The position numbers and the translations under genes are program-made. The notes under the pieces were generated by a model, which worked only from the letters and a program-made list of their open reading frames with translations, searched no databases and was not told the origin of the DNA. DNA of 64,000 bases, taken from the human T2T-CHM13v2.0 reference genome, Homo sapiens. This document shows, one piece after another, positions 1 through 15,780 of this stretch. The DNA lies in the NCBI RefSeq assembly GCF_009914755.1, contig NC_060927.1; one strand, written 5' to 3'. Every line of letters starts with the position of its first letter. Position 1 is the stretch's first letter.

Positions 1-2404
1 ACAAATACTCATTTGTAATTTTTTTATTCATATCAATAACTTATACTATCAAGATGGTCTTTTTAAAACGCCATTTAGTTATGGACAAAGCTTATATCAG
101 AACACTATGAAGAAGAACCTTAACAGAAAATGAGCTTAGTTTATTTTTTGGAATTAGTTTAAAATGCTCTTTGAGTACTGTAGGTATCCTCCCTGGCACA
201 GGATGCAATTGTCTTAAAAAGTGACCTCTTTATACTGAAATTTTATGAAATGCTTTGGAAGCTGTCCTTATCTTCTTCAGTCAGAACTATAATTAGGATT
301 TATTTTCAACATAGTATTTTGATGGCTTTTTTAACACCATGGCACTGAAAGTGTAGAGCTTCCTCAATAATATTTATTCAGCCTTTGAAGACACAGTCAC
401 CTGATACATCCTAAGAAACTTTTGATCATAGCTGAACAAAGTGAAATAATTAACAGGAATTAATTTTAAGTGATTGGGAATTCCACTTAATTGAGAATCT
501 TAAGTGATTTCCAAAACCCTCTGGAAATAAAAACTTTTCACCTGTGGTTAAACCAAGAGATCAAGTATTCTTTGACCAATAAAGACTCTCCTCACCATCA
601 GCTAGAAAACACCCTTTGAAATCCAGTTAACTCTTTCATGCAGACAATGTTCATTTTCTATTTTATCAGAAAGTTAAATTTGCCATTCTATACTCCAATA
701 AAAGTTAAGTTGTTTTGATCTGATAATTGTAAGATGTACTGTATGTATCTTAATTTATAAGTTTTAAATGCTAAAGCTCAAGGCTGTTCAGATATAACAG
801 GAGTGCTGGAAATGAGGTACAAAATGCTGGAATTCAAATTAACCAATAAATATATTTTAATATATATCAGCAGGACTCTAGAGGATTCCATTAATGTTGA
901 AAAATAGAAAGGATTTAGGTTAATTTGGTAAGAAGGCAGGTCAGAACGTTTACAACAGTGGTATAGAATTGTATAGAGATGCAAAATTTTTCAAGAGAGC
1001 AGAATTTTTTCAAAAACGCTGACTCTAGCTGTCACAGCCCTGCCTTGGCTAAATCCAGTGGAGAGATAGGAGGACTTTCTAATTTGCTTTCCCTCTATTT
1101 TAATAATAGCTGTGCATAAGTAATTTATGAAAGGCCAACCAGGCAGTGGGCAACAGAAAATTAAACTCATTTTATCTGAAAGCAGGTGGATTTCTATATA
1201 TCATTAGCATGCATAGAATTCTCACAATGTTATTTCTCATACTGATGGAATGTAACCAAATAATATATGAGTTTTTTGCTTATGCACGAGTGAAATTTTT
1301 AGATAAAAGTGCCAGCCCCAATGGCAATTTTCTGCAAAACGAAAACTAATTCTGCGAAGCTTCTTATTACTGGAAAGACTCATTTGGCTTGCATTAGAGA
1401 CTGACATAAGTGACTTTAGGATTTTACTAACAGATTAGATGAGATGTGCCACATACTGTAATATCATTAGAGAATGTAACAGCACTGGAATGCTTTGGGG
1501 CACTTATTAAGGGTACCGACACAAGTAAATTGTTTTCCTTTTTGACGCGAGCTTTTGAATGTCTTCCCTCTGATTAGAATGCTTTATTTTTATGGTTGCT
1601 TTTTATGATATTTAAAACAACTTTTATTTTATGCTCCCTGAAACTGCACACAAATTATGTTTTGCATGATTCAGCTCAGTGTTACTAAATGCATTATCTA
1701 TGCCTTATTTCGTGAATATCACCTAGGCAGAGGGTAGATACGTATTAAGAAAACAGCTTACACAATACTAAAGTCAGAATTCTTCTAACAGAATATTATC
1801 CTAACTTACAGCAAAGACTAATCTTCATGGCTCTGAGGAATTTTTGCTATTAGTACCTTTCACTCAATGTTTGTGTGAGTTCTACTATCAACTTCTAACA
1901 AAATCTTAGAATTAGATCATTAGAAATGGTTACTATAATATGAATACTTCTATTGTTCCGTTTAACTACCATCCTAAAACTCATTCAAGTATATTAAATA
2001 TTATAGTTCTTTTTATTCTGATGAATCTTCCCTTATCAAAAATTATGGATCAAGCAAAATTTTTTTGCTAAGGTAGGCAAAAATGTGAAGTGGGGATGGA
2101 AATGCTTATCACCTTATGAAAGAAGCTAAGGGAAAGGCTGGAAGTATAGGGGAGATGATTTTATGCTCAATATTTTTCCTTTTCTGAGTTATCTTTTCCT
2201 GATATAAGTTTTTACCTTTTCCTGGGCATAGAGCAGGTTGGGTCCTTTCCCCCTCCTTTTATACTTCATCATCAGAAAAGAAAATTAATGAGAAAATGAA
2301 CACATACAGTTACCTAGAGCCACAGAAATGCATTTTGGGAAGTGTTATTCAGTGTCCTAATCTATAGAGTGCTGAGGTTTACAGCCTGTGAAGCCAAACA
2401 GATG

Positions 2405-2560
2405 GGCAACTGAATCCCAGCTCTGCCATTTGACTAATTGCCTAATTTTAGACAAACGACTTACCATCTTTTAGTTTTTATTTCCTCCCCTATAAAACGG
2501 GATTATGATAACTCTGACCTCGAAGGCTCTCTGTGAAGATCTCATGCAACTGAATCATTC
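2405..2560 (+). mobile_element. MIR SINE fragment
   Basis: tgaatcccagctctgccatttgacta...tttcctcccctataaaacgggattatgata resembles the MIR core. Confidence 0.7.
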
Positions 2561-2859
2561 TGCTGTTCATATTCTATCACCATAATGGAAGGGGAGGCAC
2601 CTGAAAACAAAGGGTGGCCTAATGGGCCATTTACCACTCATTGTGGTAAATGTTTCAGATTTCTGTAGTAAGAACTCAAGAACCCAAAATTGTGTTAGTT
2701 AAGAAATAGAATGTGAAAATAATCCATGAGACAATCCTCCTTGAAATATCATGATCTAAAGACTCTTCAATCTAGCCGTGACTGAAGTCAGTCATCTCTG
2801 TGTTCAAAAGTCATCTCTTCTGAGGACTTCGTTGGTCACAGACACCTGTGTGCTCCTAA

Positions 2860-3020
2860 TTCTATTTTTTATTAGCACACTTATCACACTGCTTTGGTAT
2901 TATTTACTCAAATATCCTCATGTCTTGCACTCTTTGAAGGCAGGCACTTTGTCTTTTCAACTCTAATTCTAGCAGCCGGAACAATGCCTGATACATAGAA
3001 GTCACTAAAATACATGTCTA
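2860..3020 (+). mobile_element. L2 LINE 3' end fragment
   Basis: ctctttgaaggcaggcactttgtc...acaatgcctgatacatagaagtcactaaaatacat resembles the L2 3' terminus. Confidence 0.6.
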
Positions 3021-6000
3021 CGAGCTTTCCATGAATTTACATTTTTCCATGAATTTATGTTTGAGATCTGAAAAAAAATTAATACAAAATAGAAAAAAAA
3101 ACTTTTAAAATGAATGTATTTAATTAAATTTCCATAAAGTGCTCCATTCATGTCTTATTACCTATGAAATTTAATATTCATAAAAATTAATTACATTAAA
3201 AATGTAAGGTGTATTTTCACATCAGAAAAATTTCTGAGATGCACAATAATTACCAAGAAATTATAATCAATCTTAAAATAAGTTATACATAACCAAATAA
3301 TTTTGGATATAAAAGGATTAAAATCCTTTCAAATTATTTTTACAGTAAAAAATCTATATATAATTAATACAGAATATTGGTGCATTTTGATGTGATACGA
3401 TGTGGGATAGGGCCTGTGAAAGTGTGAGTGCCCAGGCCCTCGGAGGTCTTCAACAGCCTGATAACAGTGGGCCAGAATTTAAACAGGCTGGCTCAAGCAT
3501 AGTGAGACTAATCAAGAAAAGCTTCTTAGTGGAGGTTTCCCTGATCTTCACTATAAAGGTGGAGAGAGAGAGATGGTTTGGAGAAGCGGAGTTAGGCTTC
3601 ACCAGAACTAATCTCGTAAGTAAGCAAAGTAAGAGACTGAGAGTATTTTCCAAGATGCTAGACAAGACCCCTTGACTCATTGCACCTTCATCCCCTCACC
3701 CGAGAAACTTTTCCACTATGCTTTTTGAGACCTAAAATTCTACCCAAAAGAATAATTTTATCTAAAACTTATGTCAGCTAGTATATGTAGATGTGGCTGA
3801 GAGATACAACCCTTAAAACAATATATTTGATTTAGACAATAGTGTGAGTTTAACATTTTCTTTCTTGTGGTTAGATTTGATTTTTTAAAAAAGAAATACA
3901 TTTAGTGCAGGTGGGCACTAAATGACCAAATAGGGGTACACTTGGAGAGGAGTGGTAAGCCAAAATATCAGAGACAAAAAATGCCAGTGGTCTACTGTAG
4001 ACTGCACTTGAGACAGCTCGCATTCATGGTCAAAACCCAAGATTATCACAAATTGTACTGAACCAGCTTTTGGAGAAATGTGAGTTGTGGGAACCACTGA
4101 GGGCTTGTGAGTTATTGAGCAACCTGGTCAAAAAATGAGAATGGAGAATAACCTGAGGCTGAAAAAGAAATAGAGAAATATGTGTAACAAATGGCAGCAG
4201 CCACCACATTCTTACTGAGCCACTGCAAGAGGGAAAAAAACGGATTCATTCTATACAGACGCTAAAGACAGGATAGTTCACCTTAACATTTCTATTGCTA
4301 GTTGTTTTATATATTTAACTTACAGAGTTTAATCATATGTCCCAACTAATAGATGAACAAAAATTGTCTCTAGGAGAAACAGCAATGTTTAATGGCCACT
4401 CTGAAATATCATGCATGTATAACCTCTACGGTTAGCAGTATCTATGATCTTTATCCAACATCTGGGAAAACATCCTTTTAAGTCACCATATTTTTAAAAG
4501 AAACTTAATTCAAGTTAGCAAATAGAATATACACAATAATACCAGGAGACTGGCAGATCAAAAGTGATAGGAGTATTTGTAATTCTTATCCATCTCAGAA
4601 AGTCAGAGGTGGCATGGAAAGACTCAGTCCTATCATTAGAGTTGAGTAAACCAGAATTTCATAGCAAGTCTTTGAGCCCATAACCATATTTCTTATTATA
4701 TCTAAATTTATTCTTACTTTAAAAATGGAAATCTATGCAGTAGTTGAGAGAAGAGTAGTTCTTTTCACTTCATTGTTTTATATTATTTTTATCTGTCCTG
4801 TGCTTTCCATGGGTAAAAGAGTTAGTATCCAAGATAGCATCAGAGGGTGCCCCCATTTTTCCTACAACATTAAATTTCCTAATTCCTTTTCCCTGTTCTC
4901 ATCATAAAATATTAAATCTCATATCCTGTAATATTCAGACAATTTCAGCTCAAACTGAGCAAAGAATTATTATGCGAGAGTTTGTTTCTATCCTCTAATT
5001 TAGGGAGGAGTCTAAATATTGATCTTCGAAAGACCTTTGGGAATGTTATGAAAATGGGTTACCATTTATTTTAGGAGGGCTCATTAAGGGTCTTATTTAA
5101 AATAAATAATCTCATCCTTTCAAAATCAGGGAATGAAAAAAATGTATATTTTTCTCAAAGTATGAATGCCACAAGGGTTTCTCACATTGATTCATTGCTT
5201 ATAGATAAAAACAACTTAAGCTGATTTTTCTTGTGTGTAGAGTAAGTGTAAAATGTTCCACCAAAATAGGTAATGACATTTTTGTGTCCATAAATGTGCG
5301 TGTAAGTCCAATTATGTATTTGTTGTCATTTAAACATCACCACCATTATTGAAACAGAAGTGCCGGTACTAATTCTTGCTGTCACATTTTCCAAAAATGA
5401 AAATAAGGCTTTTAAGCAAAATGCTAAGGTTTTCAATGTGAATTATTCATTCTTTGCATGGCCTTAGCAGAACACTCTCAGCAAAATAGCTAAACAAAAG
5501 CCTACCAGGGTTCTGGTTTCTAATCTGGTTAAGAAATACATTATAGGATTTTTCTTTTAACTTCACAGTTAATGGAAAAGTTTTCCTTTCCTGAAACTCA
5601 GCAGAGTTCAAGAAGCCTTCTCTAACTACCACAGCCTCCGTCTAATTGAAGTACCATGAACAGACCTTGAAAACAGTGTCATTAGTCACACAGCTAAACA
5701 AACCACCTTTGATGGTACCAGCCAACCAATCAGAACCATTCCCCAGATGATCTTTGTGGGAATAGCAATCCATTAATAATAACTGAAGTAATGATCTTTC
5801 ATGCCACCTTTCTTTCATGTAGGACCACTCCACTGGTAATCTCTTAGGGGAACTATTAGCTACTTCAGTGTCCTTCAGAGAGGGCACTCTGCCTGTTCCA
5901 ACATTTATTTCCACTGTAACTATTTTTTCTCTCCCACAGAAGTGCCTTTTAGAAATTGAAATAATTCTCACTGTGATTCTAGCAGGTAGACAGGGGTAAA

Positions 6001-6710
6001 GAAAAGAATAAATGAGTGGCAGAATAAATGAATTAAGAAGGAAAACACCTTCTCCCCCACACCTAGCTCTGAATTTCAAAGTTATCAAAGATAAGTAACG
6101 CACTTAATTATTTTATCCCATAGTGGTTCATCATCACTATTCTTTGTCATTAAGGAAACTAAATCTATGTGTATCTAACTGGTTCATGCTAAATATAAAT
6201 AAAGTTTTACATGATTTTTTTACCCCTGATCTTAATAGATATGAATATATGCTAGAAGAGTGAGGGTAGGAGAGAATAAAAATCTGAGGTAGTCCAAGCT
6301 GTACCCCCAGCTTCCTACAATACTGAGCTCCAAGTTGGGGTCTATGTATCATTTGATTTATCATGTTTAGTGCCTTGCCCTGCATAGGTACTCAATAAAG
6401 GTTTCATGAATAAAATTTCTCCCATGAACGGCAAATCAGGCAGAAATCAGCCATACTGCTGAATCTTCTACATTCTGCACATTAGCCGCCTTTGTCATTT
6501 TCAACATCGGCATGAACATTGCTATTACTTTATTTTGATCCTATGCTTCACGCTCTCAACCTTCATTCTCTTACAGGGTCTCCTTATATTTTCCAAAGTA
6601 TAGTTAGATCAACTACCACAAACTCTTAGCAATAGAGGTGATAATTTGGTAAACATTTTCCATTAGCTAAACTGTACAGAATACCTCATATAGTGAAATC
6701 TTTAGCCCGC

Positions 6711-7094
6711 TAGTATGGTTTGACTCTGTGTCCCCACCCAAATCTCATCTTGAATTGTAATCCTCATGCATTGAACATGGGGCCTGATGGGAGGTGATTG
6801 AATCATGGGGGTGGACTTCCCTCTCACTGTTCTCATGATAGTGAGTGAGTTCTCACGAGACCTGATTGTTTAAAAGTGTGTAGTACTTCCCTCCTTTCTC
6901 TCTCTCTCTCCTGTCACCATGTGAACATGTACTTCCTTCCTCTTCCCCTTCCACCATGATTATAAGTTTCCTGAGGCCTCCCAGCCATGCTTCCTGTATA
7001 GCCTATGGAACTATAAGTCAATTAAACCTCTTTTCTTCATAAATTACCCAGCCTCAGGTAGTTCTTTATAGCAGTGTAGGAACAGATTAATACA
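6711..7094 (+). mobile_element. MaLR solo LTR, MSTA/MSTB-like
   Basis: tatggtttgactctgtgtccccacccaaatctcatcttgaattgtaatcc ... attaaacctcttttcttcataaattaccca ... ttaataca. Confidence 0.9.
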
Positions 7095-7509
7095 TCCACC
7101 CTTGCCCCCGAATCTGTTGACTTAAAATAAACTGATAAAAAAAAAAAACCTCCTCCAGCTTATAAAATATTTTAGCAGTTCCAAACTTTTCACATCACTA
7201 GCACATCTAACATGGTGAATAAATAACCAAAAGATGTTAAGAAAGTATCAGTGATTCATATTTTTATTCATTAAATGTATCCAAATGCAAACGCTGGATT
7301 GGGTAGTTGGTTTGTGCAATAGGATGAAAATTTGAGATAGTAACAAGATATCTTCCTTTCAGGAATCTGATTTTACCTTATGATTCTTCTCACTTGGTCA
7401 GAACTACACATTATTTCAGGAAAGGAGGAAAATACCTAAAAGAATGCAGAATACAAAGACATTTAGTTCTTGTTTTCTGATTGCCATAACAGGTTCTTAC
7501 AACTCATTT

Positions 7510-7900
7510 TATAAAACATATTTATAATGAAAATTCTCAAACAAATACAAAAGCAGAGAAACTAATATAATTAGTTCCTATATATGTAGCACCCCATTTA
7601 ACCATTAACTGAAAGCCAATCCTGATTTATCTATACCTACCTAACACTCCCCTTCTGTTGTGAAGTTTTAAAAGCAAATTCCAGACATCATATCATTTCA
7701 CCCACAAATATTCAGCATATTTCTCCAAAAGACAAAGGGTTTTTGGACTCCCTCTTTCTACATCAATCTTTTTGTTGTACACGATGTATTAATCGGAAGA
7801 GGTTCATCTTTTAAATATGATCACAATATTCTTATCACACTTAAACATTAAACAATTCCTTAATATCATCAAATATGTAGGGAGGCACATTTCTCCAATG
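7510..7900 (-). mobile_element. Old L1 (L1MC4/5-like) 3' UTR fragment
   Basis: aaagcaaattccagacatcatatcatttcacccacaaatattcagcat and aacaattccttaatatcatcaaatat motifs. Confidence 0.6.
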
Positions 7901-8011
7901 GCCTCATAATGAAACACAAAGCTTTTTATCTGTAAAATCTGAGATTAAAGAATTTCAAAAATCTAATCTTAAGGATCCAGGACATAGATTTTACCCATTA
8001 AAAAGTAATTA

Positions 8012-8156
8012 GGCCAGTGCAGTGGCTCATGCCTGTAATCCTAGCATCTGAGAGGCCAAGGCAGGAGGATCACTTGAGCCCAGGAGCCAGGAGTTTGAGA
8101 CCAGCTAAGGCAATAAGCAAGACCCTGTCTAAAAAAAGAAGAAGAAGAAAAAAAAC
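8012..8156 (+). mobile_element. Alu monomer (FLAM_C-like)
   Basis: ggccagtgcagtggctcatgcctgtaatcc...ggatcacttgagcccaggag...gaccctgtct followed by an A-rich tail; single monomer. Confidence 0.85.
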
Positions 8157-8220
8157 ACAAACTACTACAAATGAGTAAGTAAGTAAGTTGGAAAGAGGGG
8201 AGGAGAGGAGATATACCGTC

Positions 8221-8271
8221 TCATTCCAAGGCTAAAGAGAGATTGTCATTCCAGAGGCTAAAGAGAGATTG
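8221..8271. repeat. About 25-bp direct tandem duplication
   Basis: tcattcca-aggctaaagagagattg followed by tcattccagaggctaaagagagattg. Confidence 0.9.
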
Positions 8272-8390
8272 TCCAGACTAGAGAAAGTAAAAGGGCGGGG
8301 GAAGAAAGCATCATGCTAGATGTTTACAATGGATTGGAGAATGAGTTCTCCCCCCAACTCTTGATGCCAAGATCCCAAAATCCTTGGTGA

Positions 8391-9092
<702 letters not shown>

Positions 9093-9235
9093 TCATGGTG
9101 AGGGCCAAGTAAATCCAGGATTTAGATGCAAAGTTGAATTAACTAGGAGTTTAATTTCTGCCTCTTGGTGGCATGAGTACTAGAGATAGATATTAATTCA
9201 GCCTGTAGAAAAATAAAGTGTTTTGACACACCTGA

Positions 9236-9909
<674 letters not shown>

Positions 9910-10139
9910 TGACCTGCCCTGCATGGCTAGCCAGACTCTTGGAAGACATAAAATAATATCCAGTCACATCTCTCATCTGGAAAAGCTGTGTTCGTATCTG
10001 GTCCACCCAAATATAAGAACTATTACCCCTGAAAATTGTTTCTTTGGGCCCCACAAAAAAGAAAATTTCCAAATTCTCATTCCTGGAATTATTAGGTTTC
10101 CTGGTTTTAAGTTCCATATAATGCCACAATAACAGAAAA

Positions 10140-10350
10140 ATAACAATAATAACGTAGCCATCTTGACAGGTCTAAGACACTGTTCTAGGCACTTTAGATG
10201 GGCTACCTCATTTTATTTTCATAAAAGTCCTTTAAGTAGCTGCTGTTATTCCCAATTTATAGATGAGAAAAACAAAGTCACACATCTAGTAAGTGGAAGA
10301 ACAAAGAGATTGACTCTTCCACGTGTGTAACTCACTGGAGTCACACATTT
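10140..10350 (-). mobile_element. MIR SINE
   Basis: ttattcccaatttatagatgagaaaaac...gtcacacatctagtaagtgg. Confidence 0.7.
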
Positions 10351-12251
10351 AAACACTATTCTCTGAATCCTTTCCTTGATAATTAAAAAAAAAAAAAAAG
10401 GCTTTTCAGGAATATGGTCTCCAGAAGTACCATTTCCTTGAAATTTTAACTCTTTACATTTTTATTTTGTATCATTAGTTTAAACTTCGAAGTATAGATT
10501 GAGAATAAAATGTGCTTAAAAATAAATTCTTTAAAATGCTAACCTGTATTAATGCTTTACTTGTTTTTAACTATAATAAGCTTTGCATTTATTATCAAAC
10601 TGCTTTTGCAAGCTACAAGTATAGAATTTGACCTGGTATTCATGACTAGGGTTTCTGTAATTCCAAGTCAGAATTTTTTTTAAAGAAATTATGAGACAAT
10701 GGCTGATAATGTTGAAAAAAAAATCCATATTTACGGGAGATTTTTCAAGTGACTTACTATGATGTCTATTCATTGGAAGAAAGCTTTTGAAAAGACAAGT
10801 ATATAAAGAAGTTATCCTACAGTGAACAGAACAAAGCCCATTAATGACAACGATGTGAACACTCAAGGAATTATTAAAAGAACTTTTCACTTTGAGGGAA
10901 AATTAATTTACCCAGAATTTAGTGCAATTGTTGAAATAAGAGAAACAGTTAGAAGGCAGCAGACCTTGTGGCCAAAGTTTTGCCTAAAGCCATAGCAGTT
11001 GGAAGGAATAAGTGCTCTGCTTGTTTCTTTTATATTTTGTCACTGGAGGCATACACATTAGTAGCTCCTAACATTATTTCTCTAACAGCATAGCTTTTTT
11101 TTTTTCCTGTCAGAACTTAATATAATTAATAGGCCTGGAGACTCATCTCTGTTTTATCTACACACACTTCAAAACTCCTATTTCTTGAATTTTTGGGAAA
11201 ATAGCTTTAGCTTTATTTCATCTAATTCTACTTTTTTCTTTTTAAATATATTCTAATATATAGAGCCTTTCAGGTAAGAAGTAGTTGTTTACCAGGGACG
11301 CTTGTTCTGAAGCAGAGAGATGGCCTATCTGGCTGCCTTCACACTGAGTAGCCATTTTTGTCTAGGAAAGTCGATTCATACTTCTAATCTGATGTAGATT
11401 CTTCTCTCCCTAAACTAACCAATGAACCAGGAATAAGAGAAGAAATCAGAGAGGTTAGACAGGTCCCTTGGCCTCATATTTCATTTAATTCTCATTTTCT
11501 CTGTTTGTCAATCTATAGCTAAATTGAAACCTTCATCTCCACTGCTTCAGGAAAGAGAGACAGAAAAAAAAAAGTAGAAAAGCAAAGTAACTAGTTCTTG
11601 GTTTTTGAACTTCAGAGTGATCTGACCATATCCATTTAAATAACAATTTAAGATATGTTCTGGGATAATTCCCACATAAGATGCAACTCTAGTGAATGAG
11701 TTGAATAGTGTGTCTATGTTGTTTTTAGACCATAAACAGAGACAAGATGACACTTTGGACTACAGGGAAAGTTTCACACTGAGTGTCCGTGAGATTCATA
11801 CTTCTCCTTGAAGGATGGTTGGTTTCAAATGAAAATAGATGGGCATTCCAATTCAAGAACCAGCCTAAGCAAGCAGCACAGGCAATGAACTTAAGACTCA
11901 GCAGTGACTATGTGAGGTCCCTAGAAGACTTACCTGAGAGAGAATCCATCAGGGTGACCACAAGCACATTAGATTCCCCTATGCATACAATATTAAGTGC
12001 TGACTTCTTCGTTTATGTCACTGTGTCATGGATGGAAAATGCTTCTCAATTACAGGGAGAATTTAATGTCATTGTTTTGAGAATTTACCCTTAGAGCTTC
12101 ACCTCATAAAATGACAACATGCTCCCATCAAATAATATATGTGCTCCCTGCTGCTAGCTGAGGTTCTGTCCTCTAGGACTCTATTCTCCTGCATGCTTCT
12201 AAATCTTTGCATTGCAGTCAAGCCTTACTTTCTCAAGGATTGGTTAAACCA

Positions 12252-12605
12252 TGTATTAGTCCATTTTCACACTGCTGATAAAGACATACCCGAGACTGGG
12301 TAATTTGTACAGGAAAAAGGGTTTAATGGACTTACAGTTCCACGTGGCTGGGGAGGCCTCACAATCATGGTGGAAGGCGAGGAGGAGCAAGTCATGTCTT
12401 ACATGGATAGCAGCAGGCATAGAGAGAGCTTGTTCAGGGAAACTCCCATTTTTAAAACATCAGATCTTGTGAGACTTATTCACCACCACGAGAACAGCAT
12501 GGGAAAAACCCGCCCTCGTGATTCAATTACCTCCCACCAGGTCCCCCCCACAACATGTGGGAATTCAAGATGAGATTTGGGTGGGAACACAGCCAAACCA
12601 TATCA
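12252..12605 (-). mobile_element. THE1 (MaLR) solo LTR
   Basis: tgtattagtccattttcacactgctgataaagacatacccgagactggg ... cacagccaaaccatatca; 5-bp TSD AACCA. Confidence 0.95.
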
Positions 12606-13254
12606 AACCATAACTTTATATGTGAAATCTTCCTGACATCTCCAATCCTAGAAGCACCATCCCTCATTCACTATTAAGTGGTATGCATAACTTAATTAAT
12701 ATTACCATATGGCTATATGCATCTTTTCACCTGTATTCCCTTCTGACTGCACTGTTGATCTTCCAGGATATAAACAATATCTTATGCATGTCTTTCAGTT
12801 CTTAGCTCCAAGCCCAGTGAGTGACATATGTTAAATACCCAATTTAAATTTATTTTTTGGGGAAAAGGGGTGGGAAGAATGAACTTTCCTTGTAAGTACC
12901 TAGGTAACCTCAATTAGGCAGGTCAGAAGCTGTGAAGGTAAATGTAAGAACAGAGAAAGGAAGCATAGAACTTGTTTTCCCAGACAAGCACTGCTATACT
13001 AAATTATAACTAAAGCATTCTGACTTTCAAGTCTTCTTTACTCTATTTTAGGGCTTCAGCCTCGAGGATCCCTGGTACCCTTCTGATGTCCTTGGTGGAT
13101 GTGAGTTTCTCACCTGGACTTTCCTCCCCAGGCTGAATCCAATATCCCACACAGTTTTCTATTCCTTCCCTACAAACCCACATTCTATTCTCTGCATTAG
13201 CTTACTGCTGTCTGCTAGCAAATCTAAAACTTCCATGTGTAGAAATATGTGATT

Positions 13255-13833
13255 GTGTTCCCAATGTGTTCTGTAGACCGAAACCTCCTGAGATGTTACA
13301 TGAAAAGATATTTCTCAATTAAATTTGGAAAATGTGGCTGGTACACTGGATCACGCCTATAGTCCCAGCACTTTGGGAAGCCAAGGCAGTGAATCACTTA
13401 AGGCCATGAGTTTGAGATCAGCCTGGACAACATGGTGAAATCCTGTCTCTACTAAAAATACAAAAATTAGCTGGGTGCAGTGGCGCACGCCTGTAACCCC
13501 AGCTACTTGGGAGGCTGAGGCAGGAGAATCGCATGAGCCCAGGAGCTAGAGGCTGCAGTGAGCCGAGATCACACCACCTGCACACACTGCCTGGGTGACA
13601 GATCAAGACTCTGTCTCAAAAAAACAAACAAAAAAAAATTGGTAAGAGTTTATACAAAACCTCCCTCTTATAGCCTCAAATGTGCATTAACATATTAAAG
13701 GCTCAGAGAAGTCTTGCACTAAGGGAACTTTGTTGATTTTGTTTAATATTTGACCATGAACCTTTTTTTTAAACTATCACCTCTTAAGGTCATACAGGAC
13801 CCCTGTTCCACAGAACACACCACAGAAAACACT
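13255..13833. mobile_element. hAT-Charlie (Charlie4-like) DNA transposon relic interrupted by an Alu
   Basis: gcattaacatattaaaggctcagagaagtcttgcac...tttgaccatgaaccttttt; termini resemble ttcccaa..tgtgttc and gttccacagaacacac. Confidence 0.55.
13336..13638 (+). mobile_element. Old Alu (AluJ/Sz-like)
   Basis: Diverged dimer with gagcccaggag...gaggctgcagtgagc and an A tail. Confidence 0.9.
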
Positions 13834-14009
13834 AGGTAAGGATTAGCAATTCAAAGTGGCTTATTTGGGTAGCAATAGGTGTTTTCTGAAGACACTAGTT
13901 TAACCAAAAGTCCTGCTGCTTTAGTAGAAATTTCAAGTGCCTACTTGCGATGGAACTTTTGGGTAGTCTCTGTAGAGCACTTCAGATCCTAACATGATGG
14001 AGGAATTTT

Positions 14010-14230
14010 TTACATGTTTATCAAGCGTTAAGCAATGTGCTATATGTGTTCACATATGTTCTTTCACTTAATCTGAAAAACAATCCTAGTTATATTTTTA
14101 CCCACTTTAAAAATGAGGAAAGTGAGCTCAGAGGTTACATAGCTTGCCCAAGATCACACAGTTAGTAAGTGGTGAAGATGGCTCAAATCCAGCCCTTACA
14201 GCATTAAGTCTCATATCAAGCTCTTCATGC
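14010..14230 (-). mobile_element. MIR SINE
   Basis: cccactttaaaaatgaggaaagtgagctcagaggttacatagcttgcccaagatcacacagttagtaagtgg. Confidence 0.8.
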
Positions 14231-14247
14231 TACCTGAATTTCTAGGT

Positions 14248-14404
14248 CAGTATCTCTCAAAGCCTCATCCTAGGATGCTTGTCAAAAATTTAGATTCCTA
14301 GGATCTATCCTAGGTGTACTATATCAGAGTTTTAGGGATTGGATTAGGAACAGACGTGCTTAACAAGCTCCTCAATTGATTATTACATACTCAGAGAACC
14401 ACAG
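14248..14404. mobile_element. MER5-like hAT MITE
   Basis: cagtatctctcaaa...cttgtcaaaaatttagattcctagg...ttaacaagctcctca...gagaaccacag. Confidence 0.65.
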
Positions 14405-15296
14405 TTCTTGGTGTATGTTATTTCTTACCACATTGTACTAACATCATCCAACTAATTAATAAACTAACATATTATAATATTGTACCTCACTCATATTACT
14501 CTACTGTCAAGTCCAACAAAATAAAGTCTCCATCCTACATTGTCCTCAAATGTTACCAGATAAGTCCCTTGAGTAAGGCAACTCACTATACCCTGAAAAT
14601 GAATTAGACAACAAATGAATCTTCTTATGCATTGTTTTTGTTGGTGTTACAGGTGAAACCCACCACTTCTAGAGGTTATCTCAGTAAAATAATTCATGTC
14701 TCAGATGGCAAAAAATTGAGAGCAAAAAATATCCAATGAAAGGCAGGGTTTGAAATTAATCAAAAAAGCTCAGAAGGCTTTTGACTCTCCTCCTCTAAGA
14801 GTGATAAAAAGATTTTGCTTCTTCCTTTCAGCTGATGCCTTCTATATGTTACTATCTTCCTCTTCACTAATTCCCTAAACAAACCAGTTGTACTTTCTGT
14901 AAAATGGCCTCTCATAAAGAGCAAAAAAGCCAAGTAACTGTCTTTCTTTCCTTCTCTAGATTGTGTGAAATATTTTCTGCTGTACAGTGAGGTTCCCTAG
15001 ACAAGAAATAGTGAAAAACAGCCAGAATGTATATAAAAGTGTGTGTGTGTGGTGGGGAATTAGAGAGTGAAGAAGAGGGAGAGAGAAAATGGAAAGGCCC
15101 TTTCCCCTTGTTTTTCGTTCCTTAGAAACCACCTCTGTTTTTATCTTGTGTTTCCAATTAATTATCATTGTTATAGACTTCACCTAATGCAACTGATATA
15201 TCAGGGCTCTGTACTTGCATTTATGAGAAAATTAGTAAGGTTTAAAGTGAAGAAATAAGTCACCAAGGTAAAGAAGGGATATTAGAATAGTTGACA

Positions 15297-15780
15297 TGTA
15301 GACAGAGACTAATAACTGTCTACTCTGACATTCATTCTCACCTTCTTCCTTATTAATAAAACTCCAGTGCTCAGCTGGACACATCACTGCCCAGAATACA
15401 GAATACAATCCCAGCCTTTCTTGCAGCTAGGTGTGAATATACACTTAAGTAATGGCTTTCGAAATGCAACTGGAAGAGATCTGCAGCAGCTTCTGGGAAT
15501 CTCTTTTGCCCTCCATCTTACACATCTTCTCTTTATTCCCGCTGGCTGGAATGCAAACATGACTGGTGCTAGAACCGCCATTTTCAGAAATGAGGTAAGC
15601 TCAGAATGGCAAAGAAGAAAGAACAAAGGAGTTGGGGTCCCCAGTGACCATGGAGCCACCAGATCAACCCTGGACTCATTATCTCCAGAATAATTTTACT
15701 TGAAAAAGAAAGAAACTTTTAATCTTATGTCTTTATAACTTGGGCATGCCATCATATGCAGCCGACCCTATGCTGACACA
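15297..15780 (+). mobile_element. MLT1J-like MaLR LTR
   Basis: cccagcctttcttgcagctaggtgtg, gctggaatgcaaacatgactgg and gggtccccagtgaccatggagccacc motifs. Confidence 0.7.

Noticed and set aside
5642-6103. 153-aa ORF in unique sequence
   Set aside because: Non-ATG start, no recognisable domain, no splice support
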